DNA of 64,000 nucleotides, taken from Octopus vulgaris. Lineage: Eukaryota. The position numbers and the translations under genes were made by a program. Shown here in pieces: positions 42,401 to 56,415 of this stretch; the stretch's first letter is position 1; every line of letters starts with the position of its first letter. Location: NCBI GenBank assembly GCA_951406725.2, contig OX597826.1, positions 38,130,001-38,194,000 of the forward strand. The letters run 5' to 3'. The notes beneath the pieces were generated by a model. It ran no database searches. It saw only the letters and a list, made by a program, of their open reading frames with translations, and was not told where the DNA came from.

Positions 42401-44188
42401 TTCATCACCAACATCAACAACATAACTAACTCCTTCGCCATTACCACCATCATGATTATCGTTACCACCATCACCATCCATTATCATCATTATCACCCCT
42501 GCCATCAGTAATCCCCATCGCCACCAGCTTCAACACCACCACCACCAGCAACAACAACACTATCATCATCATCATCACCATCGTCGTTATCGTTGTCATC
42601 ATCCTCATTATTCTTATCAACATCACTACCACAACAGAAACCACCAGTACCGTCCTCGTTACCTCACCTTCATCAGCAGCAGCAGCATCACTATTGCTGC
42701 ACCATCAGCACCATCACCATCACCGCTAGAACTACCCTTATCACCTCCATCACCATCGCAATCATTATCATCATCACCATAGTCATCGTCACTATCAGCG
42801 CCACCCTTCCCACCAACATCACCCCACAATTATCACCAATGCAACTACCATCATCGCCATCACCACCACCATCATTATTATCATCATCGTCAATGTCTCC
42901 CCCACCTACCCACTCATTTCTATTTCCACCCTCATCCTAATCTGGGGTGAAATCCTTTTCGGGAGGTAACGTTGGTACATACGTGGGGTTGTGTGGTTCC
43001 AATTTCTAGCTGGTCTCTTAAGACCTCTTAAGACTTCCTCAGTTGGTTTCAGTTATTCTTTCTCTGATACACTTTCCCTCAGCTCACCACGATGAATATC
43101 CAAACAAGGAAAGACATAGATTATATTTAAAAGAGATGAGTGTTTGAAATGATAGTCAATTTGAATAAAGAAGCTGGCACAAGGACATGTCAGCGGGTGG
43201 AAGAAGAACGACGACAATGAGCTGCACTCCAATGTTCTTGTTCTTGTTCTTAGTATCCTTTGAGGTCATCAATGTATTCATGGACGTTTAATGAGTTGGA
43301 TGTGGTACTGAAGAAGGAACAATAATTCTTGAAATATGCATATACACCCATTACCAATTCTTTCTATCTTCGGTTGCATTGTTTACATAGACGTATTCGT
43401 TTACGAAACGTCATGACTGTCAGTATTAGCTCTAAATTCTATATAAAATCAATAGAGATAACTTTAAAAAATCGTTCACAGAAATCTTAGAACAGCTCAA
43501 CTCATTAGTACTCATTCACTAAAAACAAACTCCTGCGTCTGGTCCACACGAGTGCTATCGCCTTTCTCTGGCTTTTGCGTTGCTACAATAACGACCACTG
43601 CATTCAGATTTGGCTATTCTCGTACTCTTACCATTCAGGTACCTCTAACCCACTAGTCTTTTCACCTCTCATCACCCTTGGTGCGTCCACCTCCCTTTCT
43701 TTCCTGCACAAACCAGTCCTTCTTTCCCCCGATCGTCATTCCTCTGGAATCTCCTCTCTTTTCTCTTCCCTGCACATGTTGATCCGCAACAGACTAAACA
43801 CAACATTAACCACATCAACCTCACAAACCTTAATTGGGGCCTGCAAAGGTCATAAGCAGTACCCCTTCCACCAAAAAGTAGAAAAACTAAAGTCAATGGA
43901 ATCAAATTCCATTGGCATTTCACCGAGAGTTACCAAGGATGATAATCTAATTAAGAGGAAAGCTCAAAGAAGATGAGACGAAGCAGAATTTAACTTTACC
44001 TTTCAAGGCTGTTACCAAAAAGTTTGATGAAAAACCATGTTGGAACCAATAATTTATTAGTAGCAGATATAATTGAGAAGCTGTAATAAATGACCATTCC
44101 TTAATTCTTGCAGGCAAAAAACTCATTAAGAACATTGCGCAAACAAAAGGCATGCATCAACCATACATTATTAGTATTTATGATTTAC

Positions 44189-44368
44189 CTGTTCTAATCT
44201 CTTTGACGTAACTGCCTGGAAACCATCCAATATCCGTGCCCATCACCCCTCGGCACCACCCATTGCAGTCTTTCTCGACAACTTTTAAGAACTCTCCCTT
44301 TTCAAGATGGAGTTCCTTAGGGGACTGGGGTACATAGGATTGTAGTACTTCGCATATTGTTGACAAAT
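44189..44368 (-). CDS. Internal exon encoding an SH3 domain: (D)LSTICEVLQSYVPQSPKELHLEKGEFLKVVEKDCNGWCRGVMGTDIGWFPGSYVKEIRT
   Basis: SH3 signature residues (Y..Q...EL.L.KG+.+.V......GW..G......G.FP.SYV). Acceptor tctgttttgtag| and donor CAG|gtaaat. 180 nt, symmetric phase 1-1. Confidence 0.92.
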
Positions 44369-44759
44369 CTACAAAACAGATGAGAATATAACACTAAGGA
44401 ATCTAAATCCAGAAGAGACTTAGCAGTGAGGAAGAGTGGAAGGAAGGAGAATTAGGATTCTGGAATGTAGGATTAAAAGAAGGAATAACGGAATAACTTT
44501 ATAGAAAAAGATCGCAAGAGAGAGAAGCAAGGAGGGTGTCTTTTGATTGGACATAACCAATTTCGTTTTTAAAGAATAGAGATTATATTAGTCGCGTCTA
44601 GTTAGAAGCTCGATCTTAATGACTCTTGGCTCATCAACCTCCTCCCCACCCGGGGGAAGAGGGCTAGTAGGAAAGTGGAAGTTGAGCCCATACACGTACA
44701 TACACACACACGCGCGCACACACACAGATGTATTATATTCAGAATCCTTTCTACTGGAA

Positions 44760-44883
44760 GCACAAGGCTTCTAAATTTGAGGGAAGGGATTAAGTCGATT
44801 ACATCGACCCCAGTGCGTATCTGGTACTTATTTAATCGACCCTGAAAGGATGAAAGGCAAAGCTGACCCCGGCGGAATTTGAA
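44760..44883 (-). mobile_element. SINE (24305 family), 3' part
   Basis: Reverse complement of aaattccgccgggg...gcctttcatcctttcagggtcgat. Confidence 0.75.
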
Positions 44884-44936
44884 AATATATTATATTCATA
44901 ATGAAGTCAAACCAAATAGTGATATTTTGAAATGCT

Positions 44937-45005
44937 TTGACTGAGGAAGGTTTACGTAATGGATGCATTTCCTGTTATTACATGAAGCTGAAACCTATGT
45001 ATTAA
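44937..45005 (+). ncRNA. Type-I hammerhead ribozyme with an intact catalytic core, stem I extended by a ~40-bp inverted repeat (44898-45044)
   Basis: ttga-CTGAGGA-[14-bp stem II AGGTTTACGTAATG/TATTACATGAAGCT, 2 mismatches]-GAAAC-CTAT-GTA-ttaa. Confidence 0.72.
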
Positions 45006-45196
45006 ATAATTTCAAAATATTACTTTTTGGTTTGACTTCATTATTACAACTAATATGAATCGATACCAATGCAAACTAATTTTATATATATATATATAGT
45101 AAATTTAAAAAAAGAAGAACAAACACACAAAAAACAACGCGAGGACGTGGTACATGTAAAGTATTAGGCAGATGTTCATGGAAGGAAAGAGAGGTA

Positions 45197-45231
45197 GTTT
45201 AACGTTTCGAGCAACGCTCTTCTTCATAAAC
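45197..45231 (-). ncRNA. Decayed minimal hammerhead motif (C3A), same family as 9598 and 10175
   Basis: gttt-ATGAAGA-a-GAGC-gtt-GCTC-GAAAC-GTT-aaac. Confidence 0.5.
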
Positions 45232-45302
45232 AGAGGAAAGTCCAATAGAAAGGAAGATGGAAGAAGATACACACACACACACACATACACGCACACAAAC
45301 AC

Positions 45303-45338
<36 letters not shown>

Positions 45339-46268
45339 ACACATGCATGCGAACGCGCACGCAACACACACACTGTCATCATACCCAGAATCTGAAGACA
45401 ATGATCAAGTAGATTCTATGTCAAAACACTGAAGGGATTTCTCTAAGTCTGCGGTTAGAATTGAACTCGGAACTACAAGATAAGGAGACATTTCTAAGTC
45501 TCACAATGCTGCCGGTAATTAAGATGAGAAGATGTTTTTATATTGTGATGCCTCCATACAGCGAGACTGACTGAGTCATTTAAGGGGAGTTAACTGTATT
45601 GCCTTTATACAGTCAAGTAGGCAGAAACCTTTACCACAGACAACAATGTATTGGCACTTATTACTGAGGAAACCTTTGGCCCAGGGGGTGCCATAACCAC
45701 TAGTTTTACACGTTAACGTAGACACATACTCATTGATAAGTTGCATAAATGCACGAATAAAAGAATAATCACAAACAAATATGGCACCCAAAACATGACC
45801 ATATATCCAGACTTGCCAGACAATTAATCCACTGCCTCGATTTGAGAACTCGTCAAGGGCTTCTCTCCTCTATGTTAAAGGACATTATTTAAGTTTAATT
45901 TCACCCCTGATCGAAGCCAAATAAGCTGAAATAAGTTAGATTGCCGGACTCACTAGCAATTCGATGTATTTCTTATAATTTATTATTAGCATTATTGCAG
46001 GACCGATTCCTGGACCTTTGGATTACTAGAACAAAACTCTTACTATATAGTTAGTTATTGTCTCCCGAACTCTTGCGTGGCTGTACGTTGTAGTTAGACC
46101 TTGTCGAGTAAAACAACTGTGTGCATTTATGTATGTATGTATGTATGTATGTATGTATGTATGTATGTATGTTATGTATGTATGTATGTATGCATGTATG
46201 TATGTATGCATGTATGTATGTATGCATGTATGCATGTATGTATGTATGCATGTATGTATGTATGTATG

Positions 46269-46300
<32 letters not shown>

Positions 46301-46582
46301 CGCACACACCCATACATCTGATGGGTCTTCAACCAAATGCTACTCGCAGACAATTGGCCAGATCGAAGTTATTCCACGCACACATATAAGCCAGCGCACA
46401 CTGAGATCAGAGTCAACATCACAAGATTTCGAGACGAACTTCATAACTACATGTCTACGCATGCGCCTATAAAAACAATAGCGTCCCACTTTTCAACTGT
46501 TGACAATCGCTGTCAACTCAGATTTTCACTAAATTTCTCAGATCATACTCTTTAGAAATGCTGAATAAAACTCATGTTACTC

Positions 46583-46638
<56 letters not shown>

Positions 46639-46873
46639 TGTGTGTCTGTGTGTATGTGTGTGTATGTGCGTGTGTGTGTCTGTGCGCGTGTGTGCGTGTG
46701 TGTGTGCGTGTGTGCGCGTGTGTGTGTGTGTGTATGTGTGTGTGTTGTATGTGTGTGTGCGCGCGCGTGTAGATAGATAGATAGATGGATAGATAAATAG
46801 ATAGATAGGTAGGTAGGTAGGTAGGTAGGTAGGTAGGTAGGTAGGTAGGTAGGTAGGTAGGTAGGTAAGTAGG

Positions 46874-46937
<64 letters not shown>

Positions 46938-47701
46938 TAATAATTATTTGAACAGTGAACAGCAAAATTTTAAATGATGATATGCATATTTTTTCTTAAT
47001 ACGATCCGGCAGATTCAAACGTAAATAAGCTAGTTGCTGTTGTGTACATCACAGGAAACAACCCCAACTTTTTACGATGTCTGTGTGCTCATAATAATTT
47101 CGGTCCAAGGGCACAAGGGGTTCTATATATAGTATTACTCTGATGATCAATTACGTGAAACGCTGTGTAGCAGTTTGTGAAGTCTTTTCAACTTGGATAA
47201 AATATTTTACTTTTTGATATTCTAATACTATTTTCCATTGCATTTCGCTCTAGTGTACTTATATGAGTGTGTGTGTGTGATGGTGGTGGTGTGTGTGTGA
47301 TGGTGGTGGTGTGTGTGTGATGGTGGTGGTGTGTGTGTTCGTGTGTATGCATGTATATGTATGCATGTGTGTAAGTATGTATGTACACACACAGTAAAAC
47401 AGATATTAGTAATCAAATGAGAATAAGAGGAAACTAAATCAGGATACAATGGATGCTCGTCCATTAGTGACAGCAATTTAACGCAATTAGGAATTTGAGC
47501 AAGGAGAACTGAAGAAATCCGCTCTGTTGTAATTGGTAGCAAACCTTTGTAAAATGATCTGAAGATTAGTAAATACACGCTCATATGAATCGTAACATAA
47601 AATAGAAACATCACATGTAAAAATATTATGGAGAGGCCATTTTTATGGTTGTTTACATTTTGAAATAGATACTTTCATAAGAATCTTTTCCTCGGTTGCT
47701 T

Positions 47702-48066
47702 CAACCTCGTTTTTGTGGAATAAACAACAGAAATCATTGACATATTTTCAATGTTGTATGATGGGTGAGATGAAGGTAAAAACTGGGTAGTGTTGGTATA
47801 AGGTAACAGATTATCAGAGCCGTTAGAGCATCGGATGGAAATGAAAGTGTTTTTTTTGGTATTTGTTCCGGTTGATTTCAAATCCACAACCTCGTTTTTG
47901 TGGAATAAACAACAGAAATCATTGACACATTTTCAATGTTGTATGATGGGTGAGATGAAGGTAAAAATTGGGTAGTGTTGGTATAAGGTAACAGATTATC
48001 AGAGTCATTAGAGCATCGGATGGAAATGATGTTTTTTGGTATTTGTTCCGGTTGATTTCAAATCCA
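47702..48066. repeat. Tandem duplication of a ~185-bp unit
   Basis: 47702-47886 is nearly identical to 47887-48066. Confidence 0.9.
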
Positions 48067-48269
48067 TCGAGGTTTCTGGATTGATGGATAAAGTACGAAT
48101 CAAATATGGGTACAGGTTTTTTTCTTACTTTTTGTCTCTTTTTCCGTTCCTCATAATCAGTTGCTAACGACAAGGTGGTGTCTTGTAAAGCAAAAACATA
48201 CAAAGAAAGGTGCCATGAAAGCACATTTTCTCTTGAAAATTTCATAAAAAGACATCGTAATAATCATGG

Positions 48270-48545
48270 TCGTTCGATGGTGAAAGTAAGAGATTGTTGA
48301 TATTTTCTATGAAAACTGGGTGAAAATTCATAGCTTGCAGAGATATCATATATTTAAGGACATAACTGATCTCGATTATTGGGACCCTCTTAAAGCATTG
48401 AAACTCTATTCTCTCCAGCGCCGCCGTGAGTGATACATCATTTGCACAATGTGAAGAATATACCACCAGCATTGCCCAAATGACCTCAATATTAGCTTCA
48501 AAATTCATCCAAGGGAAGGACCACTGGCCATACGTCCCTTACCCA
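48270..48545 (+). mobile_element. CR1-clade LINE 3' fragment (family of 20150-21680)
   Basis: DYWDPLKALKLYSLQRRRE matches the region at about 21220-21280. Confidence 0.75.
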
Positions 48546-48549
48546 AGGT

Positions 48550-48935
48550 TAGCTCTCTGGGAATATATGTCAGGTATCGATCTTCTGGCCACCTCTTTAA
48601 TCTGCACCGATTTGCTGCCAATTCAAAAGCTTTCCAGTCTCTTATTCGTGACCTCCTTTATGCAGATGACTGCGCTTTAGTCACTCATATAGTGGATGAC
48701 ATGCAAATACTTATGAATCGTATTTCTGCTTCATGCAAGGCGTTTGGACTCAGCATTAGCCTGGACAAGACTGTTATAATGTTCCAACCTGCACCAGGAA
48801 ATCCATGCGTGGAACCAGCTATTTTGGTTGATGGAACAATTCTGAAAGTGGTAGACAAGTTTGTCTACCTGAGCAGCACACTCAGCTGTTCTTGCTCCCT
48901 GGATGATGAAATATCTTTCAGGCTGCAGAGATGTA
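48550..48935 (+). mobile_element. RTE-clade (BovB-like) LINE reverse transcriptase fragment
   Basis: IRDLLYADDCAL...MQILMNRISASCKAFGLSISLDKTVIMFQPAPG...LKVVDKFVYLSSTLS...LDDEI..R. Confidence 0.85.
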
Positions 48936-49047
48936 TGAAGAAAACAGCTCACCGAACCATCTCGAACGTAAGCCAATAAGATATCGTATGGATATAATGC
49001 CTCGTTCTTTATTTCATTACGATATATGCATCTACATACATACATGT

Positions 49048-49091
<44 letters not shown>

Positions 49092-49577
49092 GCACACACA
49101 CACATGGTTGATTTCCTATGGTCGGTCAGAGAGTGACCATTGGTTTCGCATCTATAAAGCGCTTGGCTGTATGTCTTATGCTAACATATTCATGCCAATG
49201 CATACACACTGACAAGTATACGTACATGCATTAATACACAGAAACACGGATACATCTGTATGCATAAATATATAAGTTCATAGAATCCGACGCACTTGTA
49301 TTCATACATATCCTTTTGTGCATGTACACCCATTCATAAAAATGCGCGCACACACACACACACACTCACACATATTCATGCACACACCCTGCACATTCGC
49401 ATACACAGTAAACAATAGACACACAAACGTATACAGATACACCGACATACACTAGCATGCACAAACTACTTGATGTTCATCCATTATTAAACATACGTAT
49501 TGACATACAGACTGACAGACACACAGACACGATCGTTCAATACGGTATTTATACGTGGCATGCATGGATGAGAGAGA

Positions 49578-49608
<31 letters not shown>

Positions 49609-49644
49609 GCTACTATGTGTGTGTACGGAAAGAGAGGGAGAGAG

Positions 49645-49723
<79 letters not shown>

Positions 49724-50034
49724 CTACTACGTGTGTGTGTGTACGGAAAGAGTGACAGACAGAGAATGAAGTAGATTGATAATTGGATAGACAGATAGTT
49801 ATCCGAATCTGTGTCTACATGATAACATGTATAAGGTATGTATGTATAAAATTATATATGTGTATATGCAGTTGTGTAAGTATGTAAACACGTATGTATG
49901 TACGAATGTATGTATGTATGTACGTATGTATGTATGTACGTACGTATGTATGTATGTATGTATGTATGTATGTATGTATGTATGTATGTACGTATGTATG
50001 TATGTATGAATATATGTATGTATGTATGAATATA

Positions 50035-50086
<52 letters not shown>

Positions 50087-50119
50087 AACAGGGACACATT
50101 TAAATACATATAGACATCT

Positions 50120-50170
<51 letters not shown>

Positions 50171-50171
50171 C

Positions 50172-50232
<61 letters not shown>

Positions 50233-50239
50233 TACATAT

Positions 50240-50296
<57 letters not shown>

Positions 50297-50401
50297 AGTA
50301 TGCACATATAAATACATAGTTCTACAAATACGTATGTTCCTGAACAAATATATACATATACGTATATATGCATGTAAACACACACACACACACACACACA
50401 T

Positions 50402-50437
<36 letters not shown>

Positions 50438-51379
50438 CCATGCACACTCGCACACCAGCGCTTGCACACACGAACACTCTCTGCAGCTATTCTAAACATG
50501 CCATTATGTTTTTGATGCCTTCTTCTGGCTGACCTTTTCTATTTTCAGAACATTTCCACATTGATAATGTTACCACGGGAAGGTTGGGTTTTTTTTTTTT
50601 CATCAAATTCTGGCTCCCAACTCCAACATTGGCCACGTGATATAATTGGGACAATCAGTAGACACCTTGGGTAATTGGGGGTGGGGTGGGGGTAAGGTCG
50701 ATATTAACACGGTTAATATAAGAAGCCAACGAATACAACCGTAATAAAGGATAGGTGGGGTCGGGTGAGAATCTTAGCAGAACGGCTAATTCAGGTCCAA
50801 GAATTCAGGGGAGACAATCTCGAAAATTTAATTAAAATTAATTATAAACACAACATTGGTATAGTAGCGTAGACAATGTAAGCAATGTAGTACAGGAAGA
50901 TATCTTTAGACATGTTTCTGCCTTATTATACCTCATCGTTAAATTTCTAGTTTTTACCAACACTGACGGACAAAGATGGCTTGAGAAATATATGTAGATT
51001 GTTGACAAAGTTTCCAACTAATGGCTTCTGATTTAGGCACAAGGCCAGAAAATTTAATGGTGGGAAATTATTCGGTACCATTGACTCCAGTGTTTGACTG
51101 GAGCCTTACTTTTTCAACCGTGGAGGGAGGGACAGCATAGTTGACCTCGACAGGATAACTTAAGATGAGATTTCTAATTAATATGATTCCCAAATATAGC
51201 AGAGATAGAGACAGAACCAGGCAAGATATTAACAGCTGATATGTGGACCCGGCCTTCACATACAGAATTAAATTGGATTATTAGGAGAGAGATTTAATAC
51301 AGAATTAAATCGAGTTAAGAAAAAGAGATACTTTCTATCGTCAAGAGAGAAAGTCAGTCAACAACAACAATAGATGTGC

Positions 51380-53735
51380 CTGTTGTTGTTGCTTAGTCTC
51401 TGGTCAGCCCCTGGTCGGCCATCAATGTGTCTTCCAGCCGTGACCGTCTCGTCGTTACTTGAGCAGAGGCTATCTAGGACATCATCCAATGTATTCTTTC
51501 GTTTTCAAGACAGTAGAACTACATATTTGAGAGGAATTTGACTGAATTTCTCATAAATATAACAACCTAGAAGTAGAAGTCGAGAAACCCTTTAATCATG
51601 GAGGAATTTTGCCTTCATTCATATTTAAACCAACCCTTACCGATGTTCTTAGAAACCCATGGTGAGAAAACTTCGTTTGAATCTTAAAATCAAAACTATA
51701 CTTAAGCATTAGTTGTCTTTTTAAGGCGAGAATTGGCCGAGTCGGTAGAGCATCGGATAGAATTCTGCTCTCTGAGTTCAGATCCTACCCGGGTTAGTTT
51801 TATCTTTTTATACCTTCATGGTCGGTAAAATAAAATAGCAATGCAGGGCGATGGATTAGAAGAATTATCGGTGCGTCGAACAAGGCCTCTTATGATATTT
51901 ACACCAGAGAATCTTTCCGTTCGGACAGCAGCGCTTATAATGATACTTTTTGTTTCGGCCCCTACGTTCACTGGGTCAACATCACTGCAATCGCTGGATT
52001 TTCATGAAAGGAAAATCTTATCTTGGCCTCCACGTTGCAGAAGAGGAACATTCTAGAGGCAGGTCCACATCCTCATGGGACATATGGAGGATCCTCCCGC
52101 CCCAAAATACTTACGAATATGTGATAATAAAAATTCAATTCTTTGTTGTATCTTGGGAGGTTTCTTATGCCAATAATAAACACGCGCAATGGCTCTCTTT
52201 CACTTCTTTTATCATTATTAGTCAAATACTTAATCATTTAACCAATAAACTGATTGTTTGATTAATTGTTCAGTCGGTCAGTCAGTTAGGTTCGTCAGAG
52301 TCCTTTCGTCGCCATTTGCGACCTCATGAATGACATGCCCTGTCTACAGTAGATTTGAAGCAGGCCTAAAATATGATAAAAGAAGTGAGATAGAACCAGT
52401 GTCTGTGTTTAGTATTGGGCATAATGACCCTCCCAAGATACAACAAAATCTGTTTCGACACACGATTTCACATCAAGAATCTTGTCAATCAAATACTAAA
52501 ACGAAATATTTCAATTTTCCCCATCCTAAACGTCCGTCTTTGCCCACCACCACAGTTAAGTAATGTACCCGTAACCCACCCCTTTCTACTAAATATGTTT
52601 TCCCTTATTCATAGCAAGGGGACTCAGATATGAACAGAATGTTTAGATTGTTGTTGTCGTAGTTGCTGTCGTTGTTGTTTAAATTCAAGTCGACCCTGAC
52701 TAAAAAATCTTACGATTAAAAATGTTCCGACCGTGCCCATCCCTTCTTTTTTGCATGTACAAGGGACCCAGGACCACATTGTCAAACTTGTTCTATTCTG
52801 AGACAGTAAGTTGTGAAATTATGAAGATTTAGCTATTATTTCTAGCAGGTCGAGCGACTGTGTAGAGGTTCCTTGATTGACCCGTGAATGTTTGTGCGAT
52901 AAAAGGAAACGAAAGTGAAGTAGGGGGTGGTGCGTAACAAACGGGGAGGTTTATGTCGTTAATACGGTAATGTTTAATTAATGTAATGGCGTAGATTTAC
53001 TGAGGTATTATGGGAAACTTAGTGACTTTGCTAATTGGTTAGACCGTATTTCATGGTTGATAAGACTTCTACTTTTTTTTAATATCCCATAAAAAAGCAT
53101 CTTAAAAACAGAGGGTTTGCGTTACTGGTAAATGGTTGATGAGGAAAGGACCTAATAATATTGGTTTCAAATTTTGGCACAGGGCAAGCAAGTTCTGGGA
53201 AGGGGAGATGAGTCTATTTTATCGACACCTAGTGCTCAACTTGTACTTATTTTATCGACCCTGAAAGGACGAAAGGCAAAGTGAACCTCGGACGAAATGC
53301 TGCTAAGCATTTTGTCCGGCATGCAAGCGATTCTGTCAGCCTTCAAGGACCAAAACTCGAGTCTCATATAAACCATCAAATATGATAATCCTCATCAAGT
53401 CAGTTTTGATAGAGTGGACCTATGATCAAAAGGTGTTCCAAGGATGACCATCTTAACTTTTTGTATATCTGGTTCGTCATTACCCAACATATCCTTCGCT
53501 TTTTCTCTTTAAGACAGTAGATTGGGATTGGCGGCTATTTTTAGCAGGTGGGGTGATGACGTAGAGGTTCCTTTATTGATTCTGTTCACTAGAGTATTAA
53601 ATAGTGTTGTTGCTGTTGTTATTAAACCCTTGGTAAATTCCAAGTGATTAAAGTTATTCCATCCGTGACTATCCTTCATTGTTTAAGACAATAGAATATC
53701 ATTTCAGAGATATTTATCAGCTATTTCTAGCAATC
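51380..53735. mobile_element. Cluster of old diverged SINE-like copies (about 51380-51570, 52640-52885, 53390-53590, 53600-53735) plus 24305-family copies at about 51722-51840 and 53160-53342
   Basis: Shared ...agacagtag...gctatt.ctagcagg..gtagaggttcc motifs. Confidence 0.55.
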
Positions 53736-54228
53736 AATCAACTGCTAGTGATAACTTGCAGTTGATAAATTTACTCACAAAGAAGGACAGCCCCGCCTGA
53801 CCCCTGATGAAATGAGGTGGGGCAGTTATCCTCATAATAAACCCGAGACTTAACCCGAAAACTTTAATGTGGAACCCTGCTTAAAACTCCCAAGGACCAC
53901 ATGGGAGTGTGAGGTTAGACCAGGTGAGAGTTTAAATGAACTAAACAAGAACAGGAACGGCTTCCAAACAGTTTCCAGTTTCCAAAATTCACTCACAACG
54001 TTTTAGTCCACTGGAGACAAGAATGAAGGCACTTGCCCAAGGTGCCGTGTCACTGATGAACTGGACCCGAAACTATATATTCGCAAAGTTTCTAAACCAG
54101 GAAGAAATTGTAGAGGGTGAGAGTAATTACAAGATTACTGATGAGAGTAATTATGCAATTCTAGATTTGGTGAAAGAAGAAGCAGATGAAAGTTGTAGAA
54201 GATATGGAGATGAGGTTTTAATGGTTAC

Positions 54229-54343
54229 CAGCTTTTGGAGATGGAAGTTGTTCATTTGGCTGGTCACCTAAGGGACATTCTACAGCGTAGAGTGGTAATT
54301 CCTGGCTGTGGTGGATCCATAAATCCGGAATCACACGGCGTGC
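54229..54343 (-). CDS. Internal juxtamembrane exon with a DCC/Neogenin-like P1 motif: ARRVIPDLWIHHSQELPLYAVECPLGDQPNEQLPSPKA
   Basis: Strong acceptor tttttttcttcttttcag| and donor CTG|gtaacc. 115 nt, phase 0 to phase 1, fitting both neighbouring exons. PDLWIHH matches the PPDLWIHH P1 core of DCC/Neogenin/Frazzled. Not in the ORF track because it is too short. Confidence 0.85.
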
Positions 54344-54399
54344 CTGAAAAGAAGAAAAAAACATTTACATCAATAATATTAACCTTGTGTTTAACATGA

Positions 54400-54820
54400 C
54401 ATTCCATTTAATAATGTTTATTACACAATATTTATTTTGCTTATTGTTATGTTGATTTTGTCATGTTTTTTAAAGTAATATCATTCTTATGTTTATTTAT
54501 GCAGTGTTTATACAATGTGTTTATATCTATTATGTAATGTTTACACTGCAATGTTTATTATTTTATGTAATATTTAGAGTTATATTATGTTTATTACGTA
54601 ATATTTGGCATGTAGTATTTGTTGTGTTTACTGCTATATCATGTTTAAGTAGTGTTTATTGAATAATGTTTTATGTAATGTTTGTTTATGTTATGTTTAG
54701 TGAGTGTTGCGTAATGTTCATTACGTAATATTTAGTGTGTCATATTGTTTTTATTATGTAATCTTTATTGCTTTATTATGATTATGCAATATTTATTGTT
54801 ATGTTCATTGTGTGAAGTAG
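54400..54820. repeat. Degenerate AT-rich minisatellite (taatgtttattatg-like)
   Basis: Recurring atgtttatta / gtaat motifs. Confidence 0.6.
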
Positions 54821-55512
54821 TTAAGATTTAGTTATTCTAAAAATATTTCGTGTATGTAGAATAGAAACAATGACAAGTCTGTTCAGCAGTGGGTGTATAA
54901 AATATAATATTAAAGAAACCAGTACAAGAAGATCGCAGGTTTTATAAAGATAGGTAATAAAACGAATTACAACCAGATTCAATGGAATTCAGACGAAACA
55001 TGGTAAAATCAAGTAAGCGTTCTTTGCGTCTATAAATCTCCATGTTATAAATAGACTCTTTTTGAATATCAATTTATTAATAGAAAATTCCGAAAGCCCT
55101 GCATTTTGACTGCAGCGAGTTTATTCATAGCGACAACGTAGTCGGAGGAGAGAAAGTGGCGCCATGACAAGACTGGCGCTCATTTTCTGTTAAATAGTTG
55201 GAACAGAGTGAAATGAAGTGTTTTGGGCACCGCACGCCACCTGGTTTAGGAATGAAACACATAACCATCCGATCGGGAAGCCAGTCAGTACCCATAAGCA
55301 ATAGGCCATGCGGTTTCATAGACCAGACTAAACCATTTGTGTGTGTGCGTATACACACACACACACACACTCACACACACATACACACACTCACACGTGC
55401 ACACACACGCACACAAAGATAAAAATACATATATATTCAAACAGCGAGATATATATATATACTTACATATATATACATACATACATATACATACATATAT
55501 ATATATACATAC

Positions 55513-55580
<68 letters not shown>

Positions 55581-55581
55581 G

Positions 55582-55613
<32 letters not shown>

Positions 55614-55761
55614 AAATCACATGTGATATGTAACTGAATTCTTTTTTAAAATGATGTGTTTTGAAGTTTTGCATTCGGTAAAATTTTGTTTATTTTTAGT
55701 AGTTTTGACCGCATTGGTCCCTCTTAGCGTGTTGGTATCTACGAATAGTAGTACCAATATA

Positions 55762-55815
<54 letters not shown>

Positions 55816-56346
55816 TAGTGAATGGTCAAGCGAAACCTATTTCGGACATAATTACGACCAGAGAACGAAATGACTGACAACACAGCTCTACATTGTTACC
55901 CCACACACATTAAAGCTATTTTTATTCGGTCAGTTATTTACATATTTCCCTGACAATCTTAACATTACACAGCCAAACGCAGAAAGAGGAGGAAAAAGAA
56001 AAAAAAGAAAACCAAACTACGAAGCATAAAAGAAGGCCTATAATGAATAAAATATATTTTTAGCGCTTGTAAATTCCACACGCCAGTTTCCTTGTAACTC
56101 TAATCAACAGCGGAGTCATTATATAAAACAAGCGGCCACCATCTTTATCTTTGCCTTGTTCATTGTTGTCTACTATTCAGCTAAATAGTTTCTCCAAGTA
56201 TTAGATATCTGTTCTTATACAGAAACCATTCTAGCACAATTCTTTCGCGTTCAATCTGTTTCAGTACAGATTTACCGCTGTTTTACTTCGCCTTCATAAT
56301 TGTTTACTTCATAATTTCTTCCTTTTAATTTATTGCCTCTTTCTGA

Positions 56347-56415
<69 letters not shown>

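Noticed and set aside
43575-44153. ORFs next to the SH3 exon
   Set aside because: No recognisable domain or convincing phase-compatible splice sites.
47126-47172. CTGATGA-tcaattacgt-GAAAC-gctgt-GTA
   Set aside because: Core words are present but the stems are unsupported. Too decayed to call.
54050-54085. CTGATGA...GAAAC hammerhead-like string
   Set aside because: Stems I and II do not pair, and it lies inside a decayed SINE head, so it is a chance match.
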